A DNA stretch of 64,000 nucleotides from assembly GCA_964658305.1 (NCBI GenBank), contig OZ210885.1, positions 9,486,001 to 9,550,000 of the forward strand. The letters are read 5' to 3'. Positions within the stretch are counted from its first letter, which is position 1; each line of letters starts with the position of its first letter. Origin of the DNA: Leptogorgia sarmentosa (lineage: Eukaryota). The notes beneath the pieces were generated by a model, which worked only from the letters and a program-made list of their open reading frames with translations, was not told where the DNA came from and made no database searches. A program made the position numbers and the translations under genes. Shown one piece after another: positions 40,601 to 50,074 of the stretch.

Positions 40601-43600
40601 ATTTTCAGCCATTTTGTTTTAAGCTCACTTGAGTGAGATCATTAATTCGTCCTACTCACTATATATGAAGTAATAGCTAGTGAGTAGCTCAGCCAATCAG
40701 ATTACAGAATATCTCATATATAGTGCTTGTCTATGTAATAAATATATATATACCTTTTAAGATCAGCGACTTTCTCTCGAGCACAGCAAGTATATCTTTG
40801 TGTTTCTGAGGTTTGCGCGAAGTTTTTCCACTCTGGTTCTGTATCGAACACCACAGCAGCTCGAGTACATCTGACGGTATATCTGTATCCTCTGGAAATA
40901 TAGCCAAATATAGAAACATCTCGCGTACACTTTCGTCTAGGCGTTGATAGCTCACATCAATGACTGCTAAGAGGTTATCATAAGGATAATCGACTTTGGG
41001 AAATAATATACGAATTCTCTCCAGGTCAGCATTTTTAAGATCATCTAAAACATCCTCCCAGTCTTGTTCCGCACGAGTGTCCGTTAAATTTGAACCCACC
41101 AGTGACACAGCCAGCGGTAAACCTCGACACTGCTCTAACAGGTCTGCAATAATTCGCCGTAAGTTTGGCGTTAACTGTTCGTCTGGACTTATCCCGGCGC
41201 TCCGATACAAGAGCCCTCGGGATTTATCTTGTGGCATAATAACAAGTTCGTACTTGGTAATTCCCGAGCCGCAGAGAACAGTAGCATCTCTAGTTGTTAT
41301 TAATAATTGGCATTTGCCAGATAAGCAATTGAATACAGCAGCGTCGTCCACCTTCCAAACATCATCAACAACAACCAAACAATCTTTATCAATCTAAAAA
41401 TGAGTTGAAAACTAGCTCAGAAACCGTATCTGTTAACTGCATTCAAAGGTTGGTAAAATTTACCACTCTTACTAGCCAAGGCATTCAAAGGCTCGCTTGC
41501 AATTTTTTAGTGGCATTTTCTGGCCTTTCTGATATACGAGGCACATGTTGATTTATGACGAATGTTCTGATTTTATTATTTCTGAATTCCGCAACTGGTT
41601 TAGTCTTTCACCTCAATAATAAAACTCGCACTAGAAATCGCTGCAAAAATTGCAAGTGTAAAAGAGTCCCAGCTGCCATCATCTCACCACCAATGCATGA
41701 GATGAATGAGGTTTTTAACGAACTGAGAAAGTAGAGGTACTATTTATCATTTATAGACCCGGGGGCTACATATAATCGTCGAAATATTTCATGAAGACCT
41801 GATGGCTTTAGCCCAAGGGAAATATCATCACTGCATGAAGGAAATATTTTGACACATCAGTCGTATGCAAATATATATTGCTTTCGTTTAACAAGAATGC
41901 ACGAGTTAAGAATTGTGCTTTATTTACAAATACTTACACGAACTGGCTGTACAACGCACGAGAAATTTTCAATACTGAACAAGGCGAAGCCGGGTTAAAA
42001 TGCTAAATTTATTTTAAAAATTAAAGACAAGTAATAAAGCTTACCGCCCTGGGTAAGTGGTCGTGCGAAAGAAAAGACTTGGAAGAATTGCCACTATTCT
42101 ATATTTAACGTCCATCTAACATCAGACTTCTACATTTAACGTCGCTTTAATTTACGTTTACCAACGCTGTACCGGATATATTTTTCTGTATTCGTGCAAC
42201 TTGGCTATTCGAGCTACATCCCATTAAAAATCGTCCCTATCTTGAAAATAGCCCTATCACATTTTCTCACAAACATCAAATATAGCACAGCATACATACC
42301 GTGTATTTTCTTAACCAAGATTGCGCTGCAACAATATCACTGAACGACACATCTCCACCAAGGACTCTGACGAGGGTGTTAATCAGTTTCAAGCGATCAG
42401 GTGTTTGACCAATGTCAAGCCAGACAGCTTGACGAGATTTTGAGACTTCCCAGGCAACAGCTTGGGCTAACACCGTCTTACCGAGGCCTCCCATTCCACG
42501 GATACCAACGTCGCCACCATGACGTCCAACAACACCCACTTTATTTCCCTGCTTGAGTAACTCCAATATCTCGGTTACTTCTGATGGCCTTTCCACCATG
42601 TGAGCAGGTAGATTGCGTAATCCATACGGAACTAGAAAATCGAATAAAATACAGATGATAATTTTGAAATCACTCTGCTGCACGCTTCAAATAATTGTGT
42701 ATACCAGAATGCATAGTTGTAAAATTTAAACTTTGAACATTAATTTCGTTCAATAGTTTACGTCGCTCTGGCATTAAAATCTCTTGCTACAGTTTGCAGT
42801 GTATGGTTACTGAAGTGAGTCTGAACTTTATTTAAACTTTCGCAACAAAAGCAATTTGTAGTGTGGTTTACAGTTATTGATGAGAAGTTTCTACGTTGTG
42901 GCTGTTCCTATTTGGTCGTTTATGCTTGCGCGCGCAGAAGTTGCTAATTGGTACAGTCTTTCCTCGCCACCTGTACTGCAGGGTGAGAGAACTTGGAGTA
43001 CGTTATGATTTTGAAGTGCTGTCCACTGCGTGCAGTGGTGATATAAAGATTTATGAAATATCGTTTTAAAAAATCCGTGTTTCTATAACACTATAGCTAG
43101 AACAAGGGCGTCAATCCTGGGGGGGATGGGGGGACGCGTCCCCCCCCACTTTTTGAAGTGGGGGGGGGGACGAATATCTAATTATCCCCCCACTTTTTAC
43201 CACATTAAAAAAAATTTTTTTTTGGTAATCTTAAAACCCCATGCCTGTATGCTTATATATCGTGAATTGTGAAGTACAATCAACAATCTGAGATCAGAAG
43301 AAAACTATTCGGAGCCTTCGAATAGTTCTGCGAATGAAATCCTCATTGGAAAAGCAATAAACGGACCTCAGCCACGTACACACGTTCAAATTTGCTTTTG
43401 TTTTTACCGACCACTGTATGTACAATGATCAAATCATTTCATTTGCGATTCAAATCTTTTTTTTTATTTATTAAAAATAATACCTGTTCAAATAATACAC
43501 ATGCATTCGACATCGACAAAAAATTCTCATAATTTAGGCAAGAAATTCAGCGGAATAACTTTAGTAACGCTGAAAATGGCATTTGTGCATGAGGTTTCAA

Positions 43601-46600
43601 ATTTCAAAATTTTTCTGGGAAGCATGCCCCCAGACCCTTCTAGAAAGGGGCACGCTTCATTACTATTTTACAACAGACAAATTTTCGCCCCCCCCCCATA
43701 AGCGTACGAGGCGGGGGGACAAGGGGGGCAACCCCCAAAAAATTGAAATCGGGAAATTCGGGCACCGATTTTCAGCATAATTCGGGCAAAAATTTGAGGA
43801 ATAAGGTAATGTCAACAATCCTCCAGTCGTTCACCTGAACGACCGTGCCAAGAAAGTGGAGTTAGGACTCTGAAATCGCCGTTTCCGGCAATCCAGAGGT
43901 TGTAAAAGTTCAAAAATTTCTCGCTCGGCACCAACCATGGTGGCGCCTCGTGACATTTGGTACCCTCAATTTCGGGCAAACATGTTTCTGCCCCCCCCCT
44001 GAAAAAATGTAGCCCTTACGCTTATGGTCCCCCCCACTTTTTGGGACGGATTGACGCCCTTGCTATAGAAACACGAGGATTTTCACGCGGGTTGCGTGGA
44101 TTGCGCGGGAAATTAAAAAACCAAACGAATCTTTGAATGAATGCAATTAAAATCAATAAATTTATCTTTTTTATTGTTTTTAAAAGGCTATTTAATAAAG
44201 GAAATAGAAAACACTTTTTCCGTGTTCCTATAAGTTATAGAAACACTTGTGTAAGTTTGGGAGAAACTCGAAATTGTGTGGAAACACTCGCACTTCGTGC
44301 TCGAGTTCCCACGGAATTTCTCGTTTCTCCCAAACTTCCACGCGTGTTTCTATAACTCTATAGAAACACGAAAAATGTTTTCTATTTCTTAAATTGCATT
44401 CGAAACCATGCTAATATGTACCTACATATACAAATAAGAATTAGACATTCTAGAGTATGATTCGGCTTCTGGACAGCCGAAGTTTCATTGTATACAGGGT
44501 GACTAAAAAAAAAGGTAATCGAACTTCGGCATGCCATTGTGCGTTAATTACTGGGTATGAACGTAATTTTTGCATGGTCATAAAGATCAGGGTCTCAGCT
44601 GTTGAATGAAATGTTTTTTGTGTTATTATGAGCAAAGCAGAATGAATATGAGAGCGATTAAAATTGACGGTCGAAATTGCATATTTTCACCTCTGTGCCT
44701 AAGCATAACAAAAGAAAAATGCAATTAATCACGAATGTGTCATGGTAACAAAGATTATTAATAATTATGCATAATCAGGTCGTTTGTTGAAGGGAAGGTC
44801 GTCATCTTCGAGTCTCAGAAGGAGTTAATTTCGAATAAGTTTAGCCGCAATTCTCACGGGTGAGAATATGCGATTTCGACCAACGATTTTTAATAGACTC
44901 ATACGTGCTCTGTTTTACTCAAAATGGTACAAAAAACTTGTCGTTCAACAGCTAATAACTTGCTCTTTATGACCATATAAAAATTACGTTCATACACCCA
45001 GCAAATAGCGCTCAATGGCATGTCAAAGTTGGATTACATTTTTTGCGACACCCTGTATATCGCGCAGCGTCCATTCCAGTTAGTTGAAGCTTTCAAATCA
45101 TGCTATAGAATAAAGCTATAAACATCATTTACAGCATGGATTTTTAGAAAGTAGTTCAAACGAATAGTGACATCTCGGCAATCAGAGCCTCTAAAGTCAC
45201 AGAAGTGGCAACCAGCAAGCTGACCAGTCTCTTCATACAAGTCACATAATTTTGCCGACAGAACACTTTTCCCATCGCCGGGACCTCCATTTAGGATCAT
45301 AACTCTCGATTTCGTATCGTGAAGCCAATTTTCAAAGTCGTCAAAGAACCATTGTCTGGTTCCTTGAAATTTTCGAATAAGCTGGTCAATCTTTCCATTA
45401 AAGACAAATTTAGCTCATTTTCAGAAGATTTTATATTTTCTACCACAGTTCGCAACTTGACAACTTGGCTTTCAACATTGGCTATACTGAATCTCCTATT
45501 AATGAAGCATCTTAGGACATAAATCAAAAGAAGCATTCAAATACTATCAGCAACATTTAAGCATTCTTGTACCAATTGAGCTGCGTCAACTTTTCACGAG
45601 CGTTTTTTATTTGGTTGTGACCTACGCAGTTAATCCGCCCAACATTAAAATTCATTTTTAGTGATGATGAGTGCGACAGCGCGTACTGCACTGCCAATGC
45701 TTGCGGATTCCCACTAATTCTGGGAAGTGTTAGAAGACATATTGGATTCCTGTTGCCGTTTACTCTAACGAGATATTTTCCTACAAAAAATTCTTAGAAC
45801 GTTGAAGACCGGGAAGGTTCGTGGGGGACAAATTTCGAAAATTGAATGGCTGCCTGATACTCTGCAAATTTTTCCGCATTATATATTCTGCATAAATAGT
45901 TTCCCATCTTCCCTAGTTGATTGAAACACTACCTTTTTTCTCTGCAAAATCTGAATGCTCCGTCCACGGCTTTTTCTGTCGACATTCGATTTCATCTGTT
46001 TTCTCCGCCAGGCGTTTAAGCTCCATTGAATGATGTTCAAGTTTCTCAGCTGCAGACCTTTCAACCTCTTTAATTTTGCGAAGCAGTGTGGATTGTATGT
46101 TATCGAGTTTCTCCTTCACTGGATTTATCTGAATAGATTAAATTGATTTAGTAATATTCAATTTACGGGCTGAAACAAATTTGAAATCACTCTCAACTTC
46201 ACAAAGCGGCTTTAGGTGTGTGATGTAATAATAGTTATATAATCTAACGTTATATCGTATAGGTAATTGTATGGTTTCGAGTGCAATTTGGAAAAACATG
46301 TAGGAGTAAGTTTTTCAAAGACATTCAAAATTGCACGAGTCCAAAGGACGAGTGCTATTTGAAGTCTTTGAAAAGCTCATGAGTGTATGTTTTTTCCAAA
46401 TTGCATGAGAATTTAAATAGAATATACTTGTCTCGCTTTGTTCTGCCGCTAATATACGGAGATGTTTTGCTTGTCCACCGAGCACTTGCTTGGACGAAGA
46501 GAAATCTCTGTCTTGTATTATAAAAAGATTGTCAACATCGACTGCTGTTAATATCACTTTTAACCTGTCTGGTTCATATTCATGTCGTTTCTTTTTAAAT

Positions 46601-49289
46601 TCACAGTTTTCGTTCAGCATAAAAACAATCGAGCAAAATATATAATCTAACACCTGCTGCGGAATATTTTGTACTCGCGCTGTACTTCCTTTTCAATGCA
46701 ACACTTTATCCGCACAATCAACCACAGGAATAGATATCTTTCCTGGTATTTTCATTTTTCAAACTATTTTTAAGCCCCTCTATCATTTGTCTGTTGCCAA
46801 AAAAATCTACCCAAAGAGGCAGCTATTTTTTCATCCTCGAATAATTTCATATTTTGTTATTGTTCGCCAGAAATGGCTTAATCTGATTGGATAGCTTTGT
46901 AATCTCAGCCAATCATAGGACATTAACATGAATTTACTTTTTTGGCACTGTATTTCCTTAAAATTGCACTGCTCTCAGCTGCCACTCTGTGGACTTGGTT
47001 TGTTTGAACAGCGACGCACGCCCGTGTGAGCTTTATCAATATTTTCCTGACTTTAATGGTTGGGATTTTAGAGAAAGGGAAATTGCTTCGCCGATCTTTT
47101 ACGGGCTACCCACATGCGTACCTATTTTTCCTCTCTTATAAATTGGCCCATTTTTCTCAAAATTTTCGAATTGCCATCGAATAATTTTTACCTCACTATG
47201 AGGACGAAATATTGCAATGCTTAGTCGACACAGATGTAAAGTCGAATACGAGCTAAAATTTTTGTGACGACATTATACAGGGTGTCTCAAAAAAAAGGTA
47301 ATCCAACTTTGGCATGCCATTGTGCGTTAATTACTGGGTGTACGAACGTGATTTTTGCATGGTCATAAAGATCAAGGTCTTGGCAGTTGAATGACATATT
47401 TCTTGTACGATATGGAAGAAAATCAGGCAAATGCGAGCGTGTTGAAAAATCTCGGTGAAAAACGCATTCTTTCACCTCTGAGAATTGCAGCTAAACTTAT
47501 TCAAAATTAACTCACTCTGGGACTCGAAGATGACGACCTTCCCTTCAACAATCGACCTGATTATGCATAATTATTAATAATCCTGATAAAATCTTTGTTA
47601 CCATGACACATTCGTGATGAATTGCATTTTTCTTTTGTTATGCACTGCTTTAATTAGGCACAGAGGTGAAAGAATGCGTTTTTCACTGAGATTTTTCAAC
47701 ACGCTCGCATTTGCCTGATTTTCTTCCATATCGTACAAGAAATATGTCATTCAACTGCTAAGACCTTGATCTTTATGACCATGCAAAAATCACGTTCGTA
47801 CACCCAGTAATAAACGCACAATGGCATGCCAAAGTTCGATTACCTTTTTTTTGAGACACCCTGTACATAAGGTCTATTGAAATCTGATATGCAAGTTTCC
47901 TAGTCTGTAAACTTTTCAGAAATTTATAGTTCAACGTTGGAACCTCAATAGCAATTTTGCAAGGAAAAATAATTGTTATCTATCAAAATTTAGGTTTAAT
48001 GGGATGTCCCAGCCCCTTGGGCTAGTTTTTTCCCCCCTAAAAGAGTATTTATATTAGTATTTATCAGTAATTGATATGTAGTGTGTTTTATTTATCAGTA
48101 CACACTTCGTTCTAAGTATTCTATTGCAAACGTCTCCCCCAAAAAGTATGAACATGTTTGACTTGCAACGTTTAACGGGTAAAGCAAAACTCATAAAAAC
48201 AGCATTATCGAAAAAAAGCACAGATTGCGTTCCCACGCTGAAAATTTGCACTCGCTCGCATTTGAAACATGTCTTATATTAATTTGAACAGCGTCGTCCT
48301 ACTTATTCAACGACTGTTAAATGAAACATCAAAAGTTCCTCAAACCTTTGTGGCGTCCAAATCGTAGTTTTTGATACAACGGCAAAGTTCAGCTACACTT
48401 TCTGCAATTAGTTTTGCGTGACGACCATCAACAAGAATGTCTGGAAATAATGAAGAAAATTTATCTTGAGTATCACAAACACTATAAATCTATATGCGTT
48501 CAACGATTGATCGTATTCAGAATCGCATTGTATTGTATATATGGTAATAAATGAATAAAATTGGATAATAATAATAATAAATGAATAATAAGAGAAATTC
48601 TTTCAACACATGGGGGTTTTCTTACAGGAGATCAAAAATGATCTGCGCAAAACATATTTAAAGGCATGATGAAATTCCGGCAATAATGCTAATAATACAG
48701 TACCTGTTTTATTCCAGAAATCTAGGTCATCACAAATTATTTTTTCGTCAGCTGCTGGTAAATTTAATATTTTGACCAAAGATTCCATTGCTTGAAACGA
48801 GTCATTGAACATATGTAGTGTCCATTCAGAGATGTTACAATGAGCCCATGGGTTTCTGATGTCCGACCGGACTTTGTTTGCTTCAGCTGCAGCACCAGAA
48901 GATACAAAAGGAGCTGCCTTGCCGATAATAGTCAAAAGTGCTGACATATCCATGGTGCCATCAAATCCAGTGAAATGTGCCATAAAGTCCGTGACGAATA
49001 GTTTCGCCAACGAGACAGGATCTTTAACAGCATAATCATAAGCTGATTTAGTAGGCTTGTGGATAATGTTATTGTTAATGTTTTTATATTGTAGGTTATG
49101 GGTGGAAGGGGGTAATTTCTTCCTTCTGTATGCTGCGAAATCTTGCTTGTGAATTTCATCAGGTGGTTGGCATAAAGAATTATACCACTTCCCAAGTTCA
49201 GTGGCGACAACTTTCCTCAATGCAGGTGCAAGAACTTTGGTAAAGGCAATGCCAACTAAAACCCAATGTTGTTCTTCCTCTGATATCAT
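4458..49289 (-). CDS. 12-exon gene encoding HEPN-like domain + coiled coil + NB-ARC (APAF-1-like) + helical domain + WD40 repeats, about 1199 aa
   Basis: Exons 49289-48704, 48440-48346, 46128-45933, 42631-42300, 41393-40754, 39059-38637, 19878-19633, 16609-16391, 12281-12069, 8454-8184, 6890-6658, 4603-4458. All introns are GT-AG, phases match (1,0,1,0,1,1,1,1,1,2,1), total 3600 nt with no internal stop. Confidence 0.85.
6658..6890 (-). CDS. Exon 11: WD40
   Basis: ALTASGDGSIRVWNL...DHSNDVTGITV...VSASRDGTFRVWNL. Confidence 0.88.
8184..8454 (-). CDS. Exon 10: WD40
   Basis: MLVSGSYDGTIKIWDL...IISGDLKGCVRLW...YEGHSADI. Confidence 0.88.
9865..10277. mobile_element. hAT-type MITE
   Basis: CAGTGGCGTA...TATGCCCTTG; TSD TTTCAGAG/TTTCATAG (7 of 8 match). 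Confidence 0.7.
10872..12048. repeat. Nested palindromic interspersed repeats (TTATTATATGGC / GCCATATAATAA family)
   Basis: Internal hairpins such as ggacctcgccttcggctcggtcc. One copy interrupts another at gggaaa|gtattg. Confidence 0.6.
12069..12281 (-). CDS. Exon 9: WD40
   Basis: VVTSLCTTKDGQFIATVGSHLDKTIKLW...LVGHTRTVTCV. Confidence 0.88.
12883..13479 (+). pseudogene. Internally deleted hAT transposase remnant
   Basis: An N-terminal zinc-finger-like segment (ERWLSVFEGLKY...YYCTICQ) is fused directly to a hAT C-terminal-like segment (KIKLRTKMSQAFLNSLVRIRYNGP). A hAT-like end ...gcccctg lies at about 15149. Confidence 0.65.
13762..15048 (-). mobile_element. Non-autonomous Helentron-like element (HINE)
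   Basis: Subterminal inverted repeats TAGTGCAAAGTTTC (13778) / GAAACTTTGCACTA (15035-15048), terminal atcc-aa-ggat hairpin, tgac/tgaa microsatellite. 14720-15048 resembles 38280-38570. Confidence 0.7.
13794..13917. mobile_element. Small TA-flanked MITE
   Basis: TIR AGGCCTAGGTCGAACGTCGAAC / GTTCGACGTTTCACCTAGGCCT. Confidence 0.75.
15514..16016. mobile_element. hAT-type MITE (old)
   Basis: CAGTGGCGTAA...TTACGCCGCTG; TSD degenerate. Confidence 0.5.
16391..16609 (-). CDS. Exon 8: WD40
   Basis: LLGHSRIVNCLAVSQSEAILASGAFDKSTILW. Confidence 0.88.
18232..18594. mobile_element. MITE
   Basis: TIR TAGGGACCTTAAGATCTACAACG...CTCGACGACG with its inverse at the right end. Confidence 0.85.
18825..19175. 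repeat. Palindromic interspersed repeat; second copy at about 61035-61385
   Basis: Shared gattggctaaaaagcttcaacaactgtg and the hairpin tgcacttgtgtttggcgaaa...tttcgccaaacacgcgtgca. Confidence 0.75.
19633..19878 (-). CDS. Exon 7: end of helical domain and first WD40 repeat
   Basis: Joins exon 6 to give QLLGRLL across an 18.8-kb intron; VWSLATS...GLRNGSITIFDL. Confidence 0.85.
20812..21199. mobile_element. hAT-type MITE
   Basis: TIR CAGGGGCGAAA; perfect 8-bp TSD ATTCTGTA. Confidence 0.9.
23235..23555 (+). repeat. 31-bp subterminal tandem repeat, about 10 copies (MULE left end)
   Basis: CGGAATGAGAAAATGCGGAATCTTTAAAACC units. Confidence 0.95.
23994..25112 (+). CDS. Ser/Thr protein kinase inside the MULE (ORF runs to 25202; likely splice donor at 25112)
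   Basis: GERSFGEV, VVVKKL, FIKEV, HRDIKPANILV, LADFGES, GTLVYNSPE, CDVWSLG. Phase-0 donor CAG|GTAACT. Confidence 0.9.
25550..29276 (+). pseudogene. MULE transposase with SWIM zinc finger and C-terminal Cys/His finger, disrupted
   Basis: D1 GIDPTF, D2 GTDGE, CxxH RCFLHF, E TNNDPEAAN, SWIM CDRTC...KICEH, C-terminal KCYGC...HFHLNRTC. Introns 25995-26222 and 27290-27639. Apparent frameshifts near 25705, 26280 and 26600, and a stop at 28963. Confidence 0.85.
29535..31348. mobile_element. Non-autonomous PIF/Harbinger-type element inside the MULE
   Basis: TIR GGGCCGGTTGTACGAAAGGCGTTTAA; 3-bp TSD CTG. Confidence 0.85.
31483..31630 (-). repeat. Same 31-bp repeat inverted, about 4-5 copies (MULE right end)
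   Basis: ggttttaaagattccgcattttctcattccg units. Confidence 0.95.
32849..34303. mobile_element. Foldback element made of inverted 72-bp minisatellite arrays
   Basis: TIR GGGTATGGGTAAAATGCGGATACGGACGG; perfect 10-bp TSD ATTTCAAAAA (32839-32848, 34304-34313); array orientation flips near 33257. Confidence 0.92.
34865..36432. repeat. Tandem duplication of about 0.77-0.8 kb within the Helitron
   Basis: ORFs recur at +764 and +805; the first copy has a short internal deletion. Confidence 0.9.
38637..39059 (-). CDS. Exon 6: MHD-equivalent motif and APAF-1-like helical domain
   Basis: YRVHDLLLDFA...YYFKYLPYHI...LLFDLHWLKQKV...ICPQLLG. Confidence 0.9.
39850..40209. mobile_element. MULE-type MITE
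   Basis: TIR GCAGAAATTT..TTTGGGATCACTTT; perfect 9-bp TSD ACGCGGTTA. Confidence 0.9.
40754..41393 (-). CDS. Exon 5: NB-ARC Walker B, sensor motif, GLPL, winged helix
   Basis: CLVVVDDVW, LLITTRD, CRGLPLAVSL, SYQRL...LAIFPED...LELLW. Confidence 0.92.
42300..42631 (-). CDS. Exon 4: NB-ARC N-terminal part with Walker A
   Basis: LPAHMVERPSEV...VGIRGMGGLGKTVLAQAV...VWLDIGQ; canonical splice sites. Confidence 0.9.
43103..44062. mobile_element. hAT-type MITE with a nested MITE at 43697-44026
   Basis: Outer TIR CAAGGGCGTCAATCC; inner TIR CATAAGCGTA; TSDs imperfect. Confidence 0.8.
44190..44394. repeat. Palindromic short repeat; partial copy at about 27390-27536 in the MULE intron
   Basis: gaaatagaaaaca...tttgggagaaactcgaaatt...aatttctcgtttctcccaaa...tgttttctatttc. 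Confidence 0.8.
44495..45055. mobile_element. Tc1/mariner-type MITE (copy 1)
   Basis: TA-flanked CAGGGTG...CACCCTG with long TIRs. Confidence 0.85.
45170..45481 (-). pseudogene. Frameshifted, truncated NACHT NTPase exon
   Basis: AKFVFNGKIDQLIRKFQGTRQWFFDDFENWLHDTKSRVMILNGGPGDGKSVLSAKLC...LAGCHFCDF. Frameshift near 45415; similarity ends before Walker B. Confidence 0.8.
45933..46128 (-). CDS. Exon 3: coiled coil
   Basis: INPVKEKLDNIQSTLLRKIKEVERSAAEKLEHHSMELKRLAEK; acceptor ttcag, donor AG|gtagt. Confidence 0.75.
47278..47863. mobile_element. Tc1/mariner-type MITE (copy 2, inverted relative to copy 1)
   Basis: TA|CAGGGTGTCTCAAAAAAAAGGTAATC...|TA; TIRs of about 200 bp. Confidence 0.9.
48346..48440 (-). 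CDS. Exon 2: short helical linker (not in the ORF track)
   Basis: tttccag|AC...AAG|gtttga encodes DILVDGRHAKLIAESVAELCRCIKNYDLDATK and converts phase 1 to phase 0 exactly as needed. Confidence 0.7.
48704..49289 (-). CDS. Exon 1: DZIP3-type HEPN-like N-terminal domain
   Basis: MISEEEQHWVLVGIAFTKVLAPALRKVV...DMSALLTII...KVRSDIRNPWAHCNISEW. The Rx4H motif is at 48840-48857. Donor AG|GTACTG. An acceptor just upstream (exon start 49296) implies a further 5' exon. Confidence 0.8.
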
Positions 49290-50074
49290 TATCGTTCTAT
49301 GAAGTAAACATAAAATAATGGTGTTACAATTTTAGCTATCAAAACACAAAGCTTTTGTAAACAGTACAGATTCTTTGAAAGTTTCTTTGAAAATACTGGT
49401 CTGTCCTTTGAAAATACTGTATGGGTAACCCAGTTCTGAAAAACAGACAAGCAAGATTTATACAAATTATAAGAAGAGCGGAAAGTATTGACCATTCAAC
49501 GCTGTCTCCAAATATTCGGCTTCGTGGCCTCGCAGTTTGTTCAGTATTTCGAGAGCGTATTATGGATGGTTGTAAACTGACAAGTGACAACGATTAAATA
49601 TATTTCTTTCGTTATTTGTGTCATTCAAACCGTGTCATTTTAATGTAATAATCGGTTAAAAGTCACTTAGATCATAGACAATCGTCTATGGCTCTATGCT
49701 TAGATTTAAGTAAAACATTGTTCTTTTTACACATAATTGTCCATCCGGAAATATGCATATTCATAGCCTACTGATATAGGGAATAATGAATTGAATAAGC
49801 GTCGCACTTTTGCAACTACAGTGCGGCGGTTAATCGAGGATAATAGAGAACTCAAGCAGGGGACGATTTTAACAACACGGTTGTCAAGGTGACGATGATG
49901 TGAAGGAAATTAATATTCTATTCCGAACAGTTTTTGTTCATTCGTTAGGTTTTTGGGCAATAAAAATTACAAGCATTTAGCTACGGTACTTGCATGCTAT
50001 CAGTAAAATATTCTTAATCTTGCAATAATTAAAAATGAAGTTTTATAGTATGAGATGTATCCTGAAGATATAAT

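Noticed and set aside
4458..49289. Assigning the symbol APAF1
   Set aside because: No CARD and fewer WD40 repeats than APAF-1; orthology cannot be shown from the sequence.
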